From contig JAGALD010000006.1 in assembly GCA_017625395.1 (NCBI GenBank), positions 1 through 56,629 on the forward strand: a stretch of 56,629 nucleotides of DNA, read 5' to 3'. Below the pieces are notes generated by a model. The model was not told where the DNA came from, did no database searches, and worked only from the letters and a program-made list of their open reading frames with translations. Source of the DNA: Bacilli bacterium. GTDB taxonomy: Bacteria > Bacillota_I > Bacilli_A > RF39 > UBA660. Made by a program: the position numbers and the translations under genes. The first letter of the stretch is position 1. The number at the start of each line of letters is the position of its first letter. Of this stretch, positions 18,679 through 28,932 are shown in pieces.

Positions 18679-19950
18679 ATGTTTGTTGATGAGGTATTAA
18701 TAAAAGTTGAAGCAGGCCGTGGTGGGGATGGCTGCCTTGCTTTTAGAAGAGAAAAATATATTCCAATGGGAGGACCTTTTGGAGGAAACGGTGGAAGAGG
18801 ATCTAATATTAAATTCGTTGTAGACGAAGGACTTCACACTTTAATAGATTTACGATATATGAAAGTAATTAAAGGTGATAAAGGAGAAAATGGATCAGGA
18901 AAAAACCAAAACGGAAGTAATGCAGAAGATGTTATCATAAAAGTGCCACAAGGAACTATAATAACTGATACAGATACTAATCTTATATTAGCAGATTTAA
19001 AAAACAAAAATGATGAAGTTATAGTTGCATACGGTGGAAGAGGTGGAAGAGGAAACACTGCCTTTAAAACACAAAGTAACCCTGCACCAAACTTTGCAGA
19101 AAACGGTGAACCAGGTGAAACAAGACAATTAAAGGTAGAATTAAAGCTTCTAGCTGATGTAGGGCTTGTAGGAATGCCTAGTGTTGGAAAAAGCACAATC
19201 ATATCAATGATAAGTCGTGCAAAGCCTAAAATTGCTGCATATCACTTTACAACATTAACCCCAAATTTAGGCGTTGTTAAAGAAAAAAAAGGAAGAAGCT
19301 TTGTTGTTGCAGATCTTCCAGGATTAATTGAAGGAGCATCAAATGGCGAAGGACTAGGAGATAGATTCCTAAAACACATAGAAAGAACAAGAGTTATAGC
19401 ACACGTTATAGATATGTCAGGATTTGAAGGAAGAAATCCATATGATGATTATGTAACAATTCGTGAAGAATTAAAACAATTCAATGAAAACCTATTAAAA
19501 AGACCAGAAATAATTATTGCAAACAAAATGGATATGGATAGTGCTAAAGATAATTTAGAAGAATTTAAAAAGAAAGTAAAAGATGTAGAAATATATCCAA
19601 TTACTGCAATTACAAATGAAGGATTAGAAGAAGTAGTAACAAAACTTGCCGATTTACTTGATGAAATACCTGCTGAACCATTATACGAAGAAGAACAATT
19701 TGAATCATTTGTATTATACAAATTTAAGAAAGAAGAACCATTTACAATCACAAAAGAAGGAGAAATATGGATTGTAAAAGGAAAAGAAGTAGAAAGACTT
19801 CTTCAAATGACTCGCTTCGGTACAGAAGAAGCAACAGCAAGATTTGCCAATAAACTAAGAAAAATGGGAATAGATCAAAAATTAATAGAAATGGGAATTG
19901 AAGAAGGAGATATAGTTCGAATTCTTGATTTTGAATTTGAATTTAAATAA
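18679..19950 (+). CDS. obg: GTPase Obg
   Basis: MFVDEV...GGDGC..FRREK, Gly-rich Obg fold, G1 GMPSVGKST, G3 DLPGLIEGA, NKMD, C-terminal OCT domain. Confidence 0.95.
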   Translation: MFVDEVLIKVEAGRGGDGCLAFRREKYIPMGGPFGGNGGRGSNIKFVVDEGLHTLIDLRYMKVIKGDKGENGSGKNQNGSNAEDVIIKVPQGTIITDTDTNLILADLKNKNDEVIVAYGGRGGRGNTAFKTQSNPAPNFAENGEPGETRQLKVELKLLADVGLVGMPSVGKSTIISMISRAKPKIAAYHFTTLTPNLGVVKEKKGRSFVVADLPGLIEGASNGEGLGDRFLKHIERTRVIAHVIDMSGFEGRNPYDDYVTIREELKQFNENLLKRPEIIIANKMDMDSAKDNLEEFKKKVKDVEIYPITAITNEGLEEVVTKLADLLDEIPAEPLYEEEQFESFVLYKFKKEEPFTITKEGEIWIVKGKEVERLLQMTRFGTEEATARFANKLRKMGIDQKLIEMGIEEGDIVRILDFEFEFK

Positions 19951-19961
19951 AGGAGATTTAA

Positions 19962-20729
19962 ATGAGTACAAGTGTTAAATTAGATAATGTTATGGATTTC
20001 TTTCCAGAATATTTAAAAGATAATGATTTTTTTGGAGCAACATTTTTAAGTGCAGTAAAACCACTTAAAAACTTAAATTTAATAAAATTAAGATATGGAT
20101 ATTATTTCTTTACACCATATAATATCGATGCAGATAACTATTTTCCTGTATCAATATCAATATCAAAAAAAGGTACAGTTGAAATCGATGTTGAATCTCA
20201 ATCTACAAAAGAGGATAATAAGGAAAAATCAAGTAGTGATTACACTAAAAGAAAAAAACAAATTTTAGCAGTAAAAGAAAAAGATGGTTCGTATTCAATA
20301 TCAACACGTTCTGTTGCATTATTAAATAGAGTGTATGGAATTTTTAATATGGAAACAGAACAACAACAAACATTTGAAAAAAGAAATTATGATTATAATG
20401 GAGAATTAGCTAAAACAGTAGTAAGAGCATATGATCCTAATACAAAATGTACAAATGAACAACCAAAGTGGAATGATAGTATTCCATATAGTGAAACTAC
20501 AACATACTATTTGAGTCCAGATGATGCAATAATAGAAGAAACACGATCAAACAATGGATATAAACGTGCATACTATGTAACTTTAACAGATGGAAAAATA
20601 GTTAGTAAACAAGAACTTACAGGTGATGCATATAAAGAATGTTTTGATAAATATGAAGAAAAAAGATATACTGTAAAATCAGAAGGAAGAATTAATAATA
20701 AACAATTAAGGAAGGAAAATAAACAATAA
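19962..20729 (+). CDS. hypothetical protein, paralogue A (255 aa)
   Basis: Shares P.YLK.N..F...FP.S/T.SI.K.G.V and YxLSP blocks with the next ORF. GGAG RBS. Confidence 0.6.
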   Translation: MSTSVKLDNVMDFFPEYLKDNDFFGATFLSAVKPLKNLNLIKLRYGYYFFTPYNIDADNYFPVSISISKKGTVEIDVESQSTKEDNKEKSSSDYTKRKKQILAVKEKDGSYSISTRSVALLNRVYGIFNMETEQQQTFEKRNYDYNGELAKTVVRAYDPNTKCTNEQPKWNDSIPYSETTTYYLSPDDAIIEETRSNNGYKRAYYVTLTDGKIVSKQELTGDAYKECFDKYEEKRYTVKSEGRINNKQLRKENKQ

Positions 20730-20733
20730 AAAT

Positions 20734-21498
20734 ATGGATTGTGAACGGCTTATTACAGCACTACCAAATTATTTAAAAGAAAATGAATATTTTAAATTTT
20801 TATTAGAAGAATTAACTATTCCAATAAAAAAAATTTCGGGAACAAAAGTAGCAGAAACATATCACTTCTACGTCCCAATAAAAGAAAAAGAGTTCTTTCC
20901 ATTTACTCTTTCTATAGATAAAGATGGAAAAGTATCATTAGCAAATTCATGGGTTGATATAAAACAAATAGAAGATGGAGAGAATATTTTTGTAAAACGC
21001 TTTTCAAGTGTAACCGCTGAAAAACTTGAAAATAAGGATTTTATAATATCAAATCGTGATATATCAGTAGAACAAATGCAAATTGATAGAATGAAAAGAA
21101 ACCCTAACTCAAAAGACTCAATCGAAATTATATCTGAAGTAAAAGAAGTTAAATTTCAAACATTAGAAGTTAGAAAATTTGATTCAAATGGATCCTTAAA
21201 ATCAATCCATATTAAAAGATATACACCATATTTTGTAACTGATAAAAATGATAAAATATGGGAAGAGGTATCTTCTATACAAGAAACCTCTCAAAGATAC
21301 TTTTTAAGCCCAAGCGAATCAATTTTATCTATTGTTAATCATGATAATCAAGATGAACAATATTACTACGTAGAAGAAACAAATACAGATGAAGAAACAA
21401 GAACCAAAATAAATAAAGAACAATATTTAGAATATTTAAATCAAAATAAAAAAACAAATTTAGGACCAAAAAAAGTATTAATCCCACAAAAAAAATAG
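20734..21498 (+). CDS. hypothetical protein, paralogue B (254 aa)
   Basis: Collinear similarity to 19962..20729. Separated from it by only 4 nt. Confidence 0.55.
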   Translation: MDCERLITALPNYLKENEYFKFLLEELTIPIKKISGTKVAETYHFYVPIKEKEFFPFTLSIDKDGKVSLANSWVDIKQIEDGENIFVKRFSSVTAEKLENKDFIISNRDISVEQMQIDRMKRNPNSKDSIEIISEVKEVKFQTLEVRKFDSNGSLKSIHIKRYTPYFVTDKNDKIWEEVSSIQETSQRYFLSPSESILSIVNHDNQDEQYYYVEETNTDEETRTKINKEQYLEYLNQNKKTNLGPKKVLIPQKK

Positions 21499-21524
21499 TT
21501 TTGTATTAACAAAACTTTTTTATT
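21497..21524 (+). terminator. rho-independent terminator
   Basis: AGTTTTGT-atta-ACAAAACT followed by T6. Confidence 0.7.
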
Positions 21525-21580
21525 TTAAACTTTTAGTGACTTTATTATTATTTTATGATAGAATTCTTGTAGGTGATTTT

Positions 21581-21991
21581 ATGAAAAACAGAAGTGAATT
21601 AAGAGAAATTGCAATGAAAGTTATATATCAAATATATATATTTCAAAATAGTGATTCAGAATATAATGTTAATGAGTTAATTAAAGAACAATTAGAAGTT
21701 AAAAATGAGTTTGTTGATGAACTCGTAAATAATGTAATTAAATTACAAAAAGAAATAAGCGAACTTGCTAATAAATATTTAGTTGATTGGAACATAGAAA
21801 GATTAAGTAAGGTTGATAAAGCAATACTAAGTATAGGAATATATGAACTAGTATATACTGAAACACCTAGTGTTGTTGCAATTAACGAAGCAATTGAACT
21901 TTCTAAAAAATATAGTGATGAAAAAGTTACTAAAATGTTAAATGCAACATTAGATAAGATTTATCACAATGAGGAATGTAATGAACAATAA
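21581..21991 (+). CDS. nusB: transcription antitermination factor NusB
   Basis: AGGTGA RBS then MKNRSELREIAMKVIYQ... and the ...AINEAIELSKKY motif. The ORF-track GTG at 21536 lies in the terminator/promoter region. Confidence 0.9.
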   Translation: MKNRSELREIAMKVIYQIYIFQNSDSEYNVNELIKEQLEVKNEFVDELVNNVIKLQKEISELANKYLVDWNIERLSKVDKAILSIGIYELVYTETPSVVAINEAIELSKKYSDEKVTKMLNATLDKIYHNEECNEQ

Positions 21992-23231
21992 TTATATTAC
22001 AGTAACACAACTTACTAAATATATTAAGTATAAAATAGATAACGATCAAAATTTAATGAAAATATATCTTAAAGGTGAGATATCTAATTTTAAAGCACAT
22101 TCTAGAGGACATATGTATTTCACTATTAAAGATGAAAATACAAGAATTAATGCAATAATGTTTAGTACATATGCATCAAAATTAAAATTTATGCCAATAG
22201 ATGGAATGAAAGTATTAATCTCTGGAAAAGTAAGTGTATATGAGCAAACAGGAAGTTATCAAATATATGTTGATTCGTTAGAAGAAGATGGTCTTGGAAA
22301 TTTATATGTAGCTTTTGAACAACTTAAGAAAAAACTAGAACAGGAAGGTCTTTTTGATCAAAGTAAAAAGAAACCAATACCTAAAATGCCATCTAAAATA
22401 GGAATAATAACTGCACCAACCGGAGCAGCAATAAAAGATATTCTCTCTACATTAAAAAGAAGATGGCCAATAGCTGAAACAATTCTTTTTCCAAGTTTAG
22501 TTCAAGGTGCAGAAGCAGCAACAGATATAGTAAGAAATATTGAACTATCTAAAAACTATGATTTAGATGTTTTAATAGTAGGACGCGGTGGTGGTTCTAT
22601 CGAAGATATGTGGTGTTTTAATGAAGAAATAGTTGCGCGTGCTATATATGATTTAGATGTTCCAGTAATATCTGCAGTAGGGCATGAAATAGATTTCACA
22701 ATAAGTGATTTTGTTGCAGACTTACGTGCACCAACACCAACTGGAGCAGCAGAAATGGCAGTTCCTAACATTAATGATGTTATTAATTATTTAAAACAAT
22801 TAGAAATAAGAACTATTAATTCGATTACAAATATAATAAAAATAAATAAAGAAGCATTAAACAAAATAACAGAAAATTATATTTTAAAAAATCCAATTAC
22901 AATGTATCAAATAAAAGAAGAAAAGTTTGATAATTTATTTGATAGACTTATAAATAGCTATAAAAAAATTATTTCTGATAATAAAAACAAACTTGTATTA
23001 ATAACAAATAATTTAAATAATGGAATAATTAATAATTTAAATAATAATAAAAATAGATATTTAACTACTATAAGTAAATTAGAAGTTCTAAATCCATTAA
23101 ATACAATAAAAAGAGGATATTCTATTACAAAAAAAGAAGGAAAAGTTATCACAAGCACAAAAGATGTTAAAAGAAATGATAATCTTCAATTAGAACTATC
23201 TGATGGAACAATTGATGTAGAAGTATTATAG
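21969..23231 (+). CDS. xseA: exodeoxyribonuclease VII large subunit
   Basis: OB-fold N-terminus (VTQLTKYIK...GEISNFK.HSRGHMYFTIKD), then GIITAPTGAAIKDIL and GRGGGSIEDMWCFN. The start may be ATG 21981. Confidence 0.9.
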   Translation: MRNVMNNNYITVTQLTKYIKYKIDNDQNLMKIYLKGEISNFKAHSRGHMYFTIKDENTRINAIMFSTYASKLKFMPIDGMKVLISGKVSVYEQTGSYQIYVDSLEEDGLGNLYVAFEQLKKKLEQEGLFDQSKKKPIPKMPSKIGIITAPTGAAIKDILSTLKRRWPIAETILFPSLVQGAEAATDIVRNIELSKNYDLDVLIVGRGGGSIEDMWCFNEEIVARAIYDLDVPVISAVGHEIDFTISDFVADLRAPTPTGAAEMAVPNINDVINYLKQLEIRTINSITNIIKINKEALNKITENYILKNPITMYQIKEEKFDNLFDRLINSYKKIISDNKNKLVLITNNLNNGIINNLNNNKNRYLTTISKLEVLNPLNTIKRGYSITKKEGKVITSTKDVKRNDNLQLELSDGTIDVEVL

Positions 23232-23240
23232 GAGGCTAAC

Positions 23241-23471
23241 ATGGCTAATAAAAAAGAAGAATTAAGTTTTGAAGAATCTTTAAAAAATCTTGAAACAATA
23301 GTTAAAGATTTAGAAACTGGAAACGTAGCATTAGATGATGCAATTAACAAATTTACAGAAGCAATGAACCTTGCAAAAAATTGTAACGAAAAACTAACAA
23401 ACGCAGAAGAAAATATAAATAAAATATTAAAAGAAAATGGAAAACTTGAAGACTTTTCTATAGAACAATAA
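23241..23471 (+). CDS. xseB: exodeoxyribonuclease VII small subunit
   Basis: LSFEESLKNLETIVKDLETGNVALDDAINKFTEAMNL. GGAGG RBS. Confidence 0.9.
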   Translation: MANKKEELSFEESLKNLETIVKDLETGNVALDDAINKFTEAMNLAKNCNEKLTNAEENINKILKENGKLEDFSIEQ

Positions 23472-23497
23472 AATACTAATTTTTTAGTATTTTTTTA
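23471..23497 (+). terminator. rho-independent terminator
   Basis: AAATACTAA-tttt-TTAGTATTT followed by a T-run. Confidence 0.7.
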
Positions 23498-23575
23498 TTA
23501 TCAAAATTTACCAAACATTATTTTAAATAAATTAAAAATAATAATAATGTAGTTTAATTAAAAGGAGATGAATTC

Positions 23576-24559
23576 ATGAATTTTAAGAAAAAACTACTAT
23601 TATTATTCTTCCTTTTTGCATATTTTATTCCATGTATTACATTTGCATATTCTGATAAGGTTATATTAGGTGGTAATAATATTGGTATAACTGTTAATAC
23701 AAAAGATATTTTAGTTGTAGGATTTTACAAAGTAGACGGAAAATATATTGGTAGAGATGCAGGTATTAAAATAGGAGACAGTATTACTAAAATAAATGGT
23801 ACAAAAGTAAATACAATTCCGCAAATGATAGAAATAATTAATAATGAAATGAAAAACAATTCTATTTTAATTACAGTAAAAAGAAACAATAAGGAATTAG
23901 ATCTTAAACTAAACCTTGTAGAAAAAGAAGATACCTATAAAACAGGTCTATATATAAAAGACCAAATAACAGGAATAGGAACATTAACATATATTGATCC
24001 AGAAACTAATATATATGGAGCATTAGGGCATGAAATAATAAACTCAAGCAATAGCAAATTAGTAGAAATATCTGGAGGAAAAATATTTAAAGCAAGTATT
24101 ACAGGAAATACTAAAAGTACTATAACTTCTACTGGTGAAAAAAATGCTATTTTTGATTCAAATACAACATATGGAACAATAAAAGAAAATACTACTAAAG
24201 GAATATATGGAAAATATTCATCCAGAAGTAATAACGAAAAATTAATTGAAGTAGCAGATAAAAATGAAATAAAACTAGGTAAAGCATATATTTATACAGT
24301 ATTAAAAGATAATGATATTGGAAAATATGAGATTAATATAATCAATATTAATAAAAATAGTACCACTAAAAACATATTGTTTGAAATAACAGATAAAACC
24401 TTGATAGAAAAAACTAATGGTGTAATTAAAGGTATGAGCGGAAGCCCAATTGTTCAAAATGACAAATTAATAGGAGCAGTAACTCATGCAATAGTAAATG
24501 ATAATACAAAAGGATATGGAATATTTATAACTACAATGCTAGAAGAAGGAGAAAATTAA
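23576..24559 (+). CDS. spoIVB: SpoIVB peptidase (S55) with PDZ domain
   Basis: Signal/TM N-terminus, PDZ-like GDSITKINGTKV, catalytic contexts GALGHEI and GMSGSPIVQNDKLIGAVTH. Confidence 0.85.
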   Translation: MNFKKKLLLLFFLFAYFIPCITFAYSDKVILGGNNIGITVNTKDILVVGFYKVDGKYIGRDAGIKIGDSITKINGTKVNTIPQMIEIINNEMKNNSILITVKRNNKELDLKLNLVEKEDTYKTGLYIKDQITGIGTLTYIDPETNIYGALGHEIINSSNSKLVEISGGKIFKASITGNTKSTITSTGEKNAIFDSNTTYGTIKENTTKGIYGKYSSRSNNEKLIEVADKNEIKLGKAYIYTVLKDNDIGKYEINIININKNSTTKNILFEITDKTLIEKTNGVIKGMSGSPIVQNDKLIGAVTHAIVNDNTKGYGIFITTMLEEGEN

Positions 24560-24581
24560 GAGACTTTAAGTCTCTTTTTTA
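24559..24581 (+). terminator. rho-independent terminator
   Basis: AGAGACT-tta-AGTCTCT followed by T5. Confidence 0.65.
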
Positions 24582-24649
24582 ATAAAAATTATCAAGTTGA
24601 AAAAAGATTTATCTTGTAGTAACATAAGAAAAAAGAAAGGAATAAGAAA

Positions 24650-25297
24650 ATGAATAAAAAATTTTTACCTAAAGTATTTGGTTGGATGTTTATAGGACTT
24701 CTAGTAACTTTCTTAACAGCATATACAGTATCATTAAATGCAAAGATGCTAGAAAACATTTATTCAAGCTTTTGGACAATAATTATTTTTATAGTTGAAA
24801 TTATAATATCATTTACATTATCAACGAAAATAGACAAATTAAGTGGTACGACAGCAACATGCCTATACATATTCTTTGCCTTTATAACAGGGCTATCATT
24901 TTCATTTATATTTTTAGCATATGAAATGGCTTCAATCATTATAATATTCTTAGTAGCAGCAATATTATTTGGAATTTTTGCACTAATAGGAAAATATACC
25001 AAAATAGATTTATCAAAAATCAGAACATATTTAACAATGGGATTATTTGCAGTTCTAATAATAATGTTTATAAACTTTTTTATAGCAAATAATACAATAG
25101 ATATTATTGCTTGTATTATTAGTATAATAGTCTTTCTAGGATTCACAGCATACGATATTCAAAATATCTGTGAAAATAGTATGTATTATGATATTGAAGA
25201 AAGAAATATTGCTATAATAGGAGCATTTTCAATATACTTAGACTTCATAAATTTATTTATGGACTTATTAAGACTATTTGGTGATCCAAGAGATTAA
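24650..25297 (+). CDS. BAX inhibitor-1/YccA family membrane protein
   Basis: 7-TM profile and the family-typical N-terminus FLPKVFGWMFIGLLVTF with a C-terminal ...LDFINLFMDLLRLFG. Confidence 0.8.
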   Translation: MNKKFLPKVFGWMFIGLLVTFLTAYTVSLNAKMLENIYSSFWTIIIFIVEIIISFTLSTKIDKLSGTTATCLYIFFAFITGLSFSFIFLAYEMASIIIIFLVAAILFGIFALIGKYTKIDLSKIRTYLTMGLFAVLIIMFINFFIANNTIDIIACIISIIVFLGFTAYDIQNICENSMYYDIEERNIAIIGAFSIYLDFINLFMDLLRLFGDPRD

Positions 25298-25322
25298 AAC
25301 AGTAAATAAATACTGTTTTTTT
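25297..25322 (+). terminator. rho-independent terminator
   Basis: AAACAGTA-aataaa-TACTGTTT followed by a T-run. Confidence 0.7.
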
Positions 25323-25335
25323 ATTTTGTTAAAAA

Positions 25336-25363
25336 TTAGCAGTCATATATTGACAAGTGCTAA
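25336..25363 (+). promoter_or_regulatory. CIRCE-like operator 1 overlapping the -35 box
   Basis: TTAGCAGTC-N10-AAGTGCTAA versus consensus TTAGCACTC-N9-GAGTGCTAA. The spacer is one nt longer than consensus. Confidence 0.6.
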
Positions 25364-25378
25364 ACATAATATTATAAT
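25350..25378 (+). promoter_or_regulatory. sigma-A promoter of the hrcA operon
   Basis: TTGACA, 17 nt, TATAAT (perfect consensus hexamers). Confidence 0.8.
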
Positions 25379-25382
25379 GTAT

Positions 25383-25409
25383 TTAGCACTGTAAAATTAG
25401 AAGTGCTAG
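25383..25409 (+). promoter_or_regulatory. CIRCE operator 2
   Basis: TTAGCACTG-N9-AAGTGCTAG, located between the -10 and the RBS. Confidence 0.8.
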
Positions 25410-25418
25410 GAGGTATAC

Positions 25419-26408
25419 ATGTTAACCAATAGACAAAATGAAATATTAAAATTAATTGTCTTAGAGTATATTAAATTAGCAAAACCCGTAGGTTCTAATT
25501 TGATATGTGACAGGTTAAAATGTTCTAGTGCCACTATAAGAAGTGAAATGGCGGCATTAGAAGAACTTGGGCTTTTAGAAAAAACTCATACTTCTAGTGG
25601 AAGAGTACCAAGCGAAGAAGGTTATAGATATTATGTAGATAATTTAATGAAATTAAAAGAAATTAGTGCAGAAGACATGCTAAAACTTCAATTAATATTC
25701 AATAATAATCAATTAGAATTATCTGATTGCTTAAAAAGAAGTTTAGAAATAGTATCCGATATAACTAATTACACTTCAGTTGTACTTGGTAATAAATCAC
25801 ATGAAAATACACTAAAAGAAGTTAATATAGTGCCACTGTCAAATTCTTCAATGACAGTAATTGTTATAACTGATAAAGGCTTTGTTGAACATAAGACAAT
25901 AAATGTAAATGGTATTAGTTTAGAAGAAATTAAAAAAACTGTTAATTTGATTAATAATCTAATAATAGGAACACCAATTGATGAAGTATCATCTAAACTA
26001 GAATTTGAAATTAAACCAATTATAGGAAATTATGTTAAAGAACATGAAAGGCTATATAATGTGTTCTACAATGTTTTTACAAACTTCACAAATAGAAATG
26101 TTGATGTTGTTGGTAAAAACAATATTCTAAAGCTTCCAGAATTTAGCAGTGTTGAAAAAGTAAGAGACATAATGGATAAACTGGATGATGATAACATTGA
26201 AAAAATTGTTGAAGAAGATGATCTTAATAACATAAAAGTATATATTGGTAAAGAAAGCAAATTAGATGACGATATGACAGTTATTAAGACTAAATATAAA
26301 ACAGATAAAGAAGAAGGTACAATTGCAATTATTGGACCTAAACGTATGGAATACGATAGAGTAGTTAATTTACTTGAATTTATAAAAAATAATATTGAAA
26401 ACAAATAA
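25419..26408 (+). CDS. hrcA: heat-inducible transcription repressor HrcA
   Basis: MLTNRQNEILKLIV.EYI....PVGS and SSATIRSEMAALEELGLLEKTHTSSGRVPS. Confidence 0.95.
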   Translation: MLTNRQNEILKLIVLEYIKLAKPVGSNLICDRLKCSSATIRSEMAALEELGLLEKTHTSSGRVPSEEGYRYYVDNLMKLKEISAEDMLKLQLIFNNNQLELSDCLKRSLEIVSDITNYTSVVLGNKSHENTLKEVNIVPLSNSSMTVIVITDKGFVEHKTINVNGISLEEIKKTVNLINNLIIGTPIDEVSSKLEFEIKPIIGNYVKEHERLYNVFYNVFTNFTNRNVDVVGKNNILKLPEFSSVEKVRDIMDKLDDDNIEKIVEEDDLNNIKVYIGKESKLDDDMTVIKTKYKTDKEEGTIAIIGPKRMEYDRVVNLLEFIKNNIENK

Positions 26409-26417
26409 GGAGACGAA

Positions 26418-26999
26418 ATGAGTAAAGAAATAAAAAACGAAGAGGAAATAAAAAATGAAAACAATGTGCATAATCCTGAGTGTGCAAATGATTCTCATGA
26501 ATGTTGTTGCAATAAAGGATCTAATTGCAATTGTCAAGAAGATGAATTAAAAAAACTTAAAGACACCATTATAGAAATGGAAGGTAAAATTAAATATCAT
26601 CAAGCAGAATTAATCAACTATAGAAAAAGAAAAGAAGAAGAAACATCAAATATGCTTAAGTTTGCTAATCAAGATTTAATTCTTGAACTTATTCCAATAG
26701 CTGACAACTTTGAGCGAGCAATCAAGCTAGATGATAGTAATTTAGATGATGGATTATCTAAATTCTTAGCAGGATTTAAAATATTATATTCTCACTTAGT
26801 TGAAACACTTAAAAAGTTTGGTGTTGAAGAAATAGAAACAATTGGAAAAGAATTTGATCCAAACTTCCACGAAGCTTTAATGGTTTCAAATGATAAAGAA
26901 AAACCAGATGACGTTATCGTTGAATGTCTTTTAAAAGGATATACTTTAAAAGGCAAAGTAATAAGAGCTGCTAAAGTAGTAGTAAATAAATTAGATTAA
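26418..26999 (+). CDS. grpE: nucleotide exchange factor GrpE with Cys-rich N-terminal segment
   Basis: GrpE core (YRKRKEEE...DLILELIPIADNFERA...FDPNFHEA...). The N-terminus HNPECANDSHECCCNKGSNCNCQ is atypical. Confidence 0.9.
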   Translation: MSKEIKNEEEIKNENNVHNPECANDSHECCCNKGSNCNCQEDELKKLKDTIIEMEGKIKYHQAELINYRKRKEEETSNMLKFANQDLILELIPIADNFERAIKLDDSNLDDGLSKFLAGFKILYSHLVETLKKFGVEEIETIGKEFDPNFHEALMVSNDKEKPDDVIVECLLKGYTLKGKVIRAAKVVVNKLD

Positions 27000-27022
27000 T
27001 AAAACAATTTGAAAGGAAATGA

Positions 27023-28870
<1,848 letters not shown>

Positions 28871-28932
28871 TTAAATAAATTACGAAGGAAGTTCTAGGAA
28901 ACTAGAACTTTACTTCTATTAAAAGGAGAACT

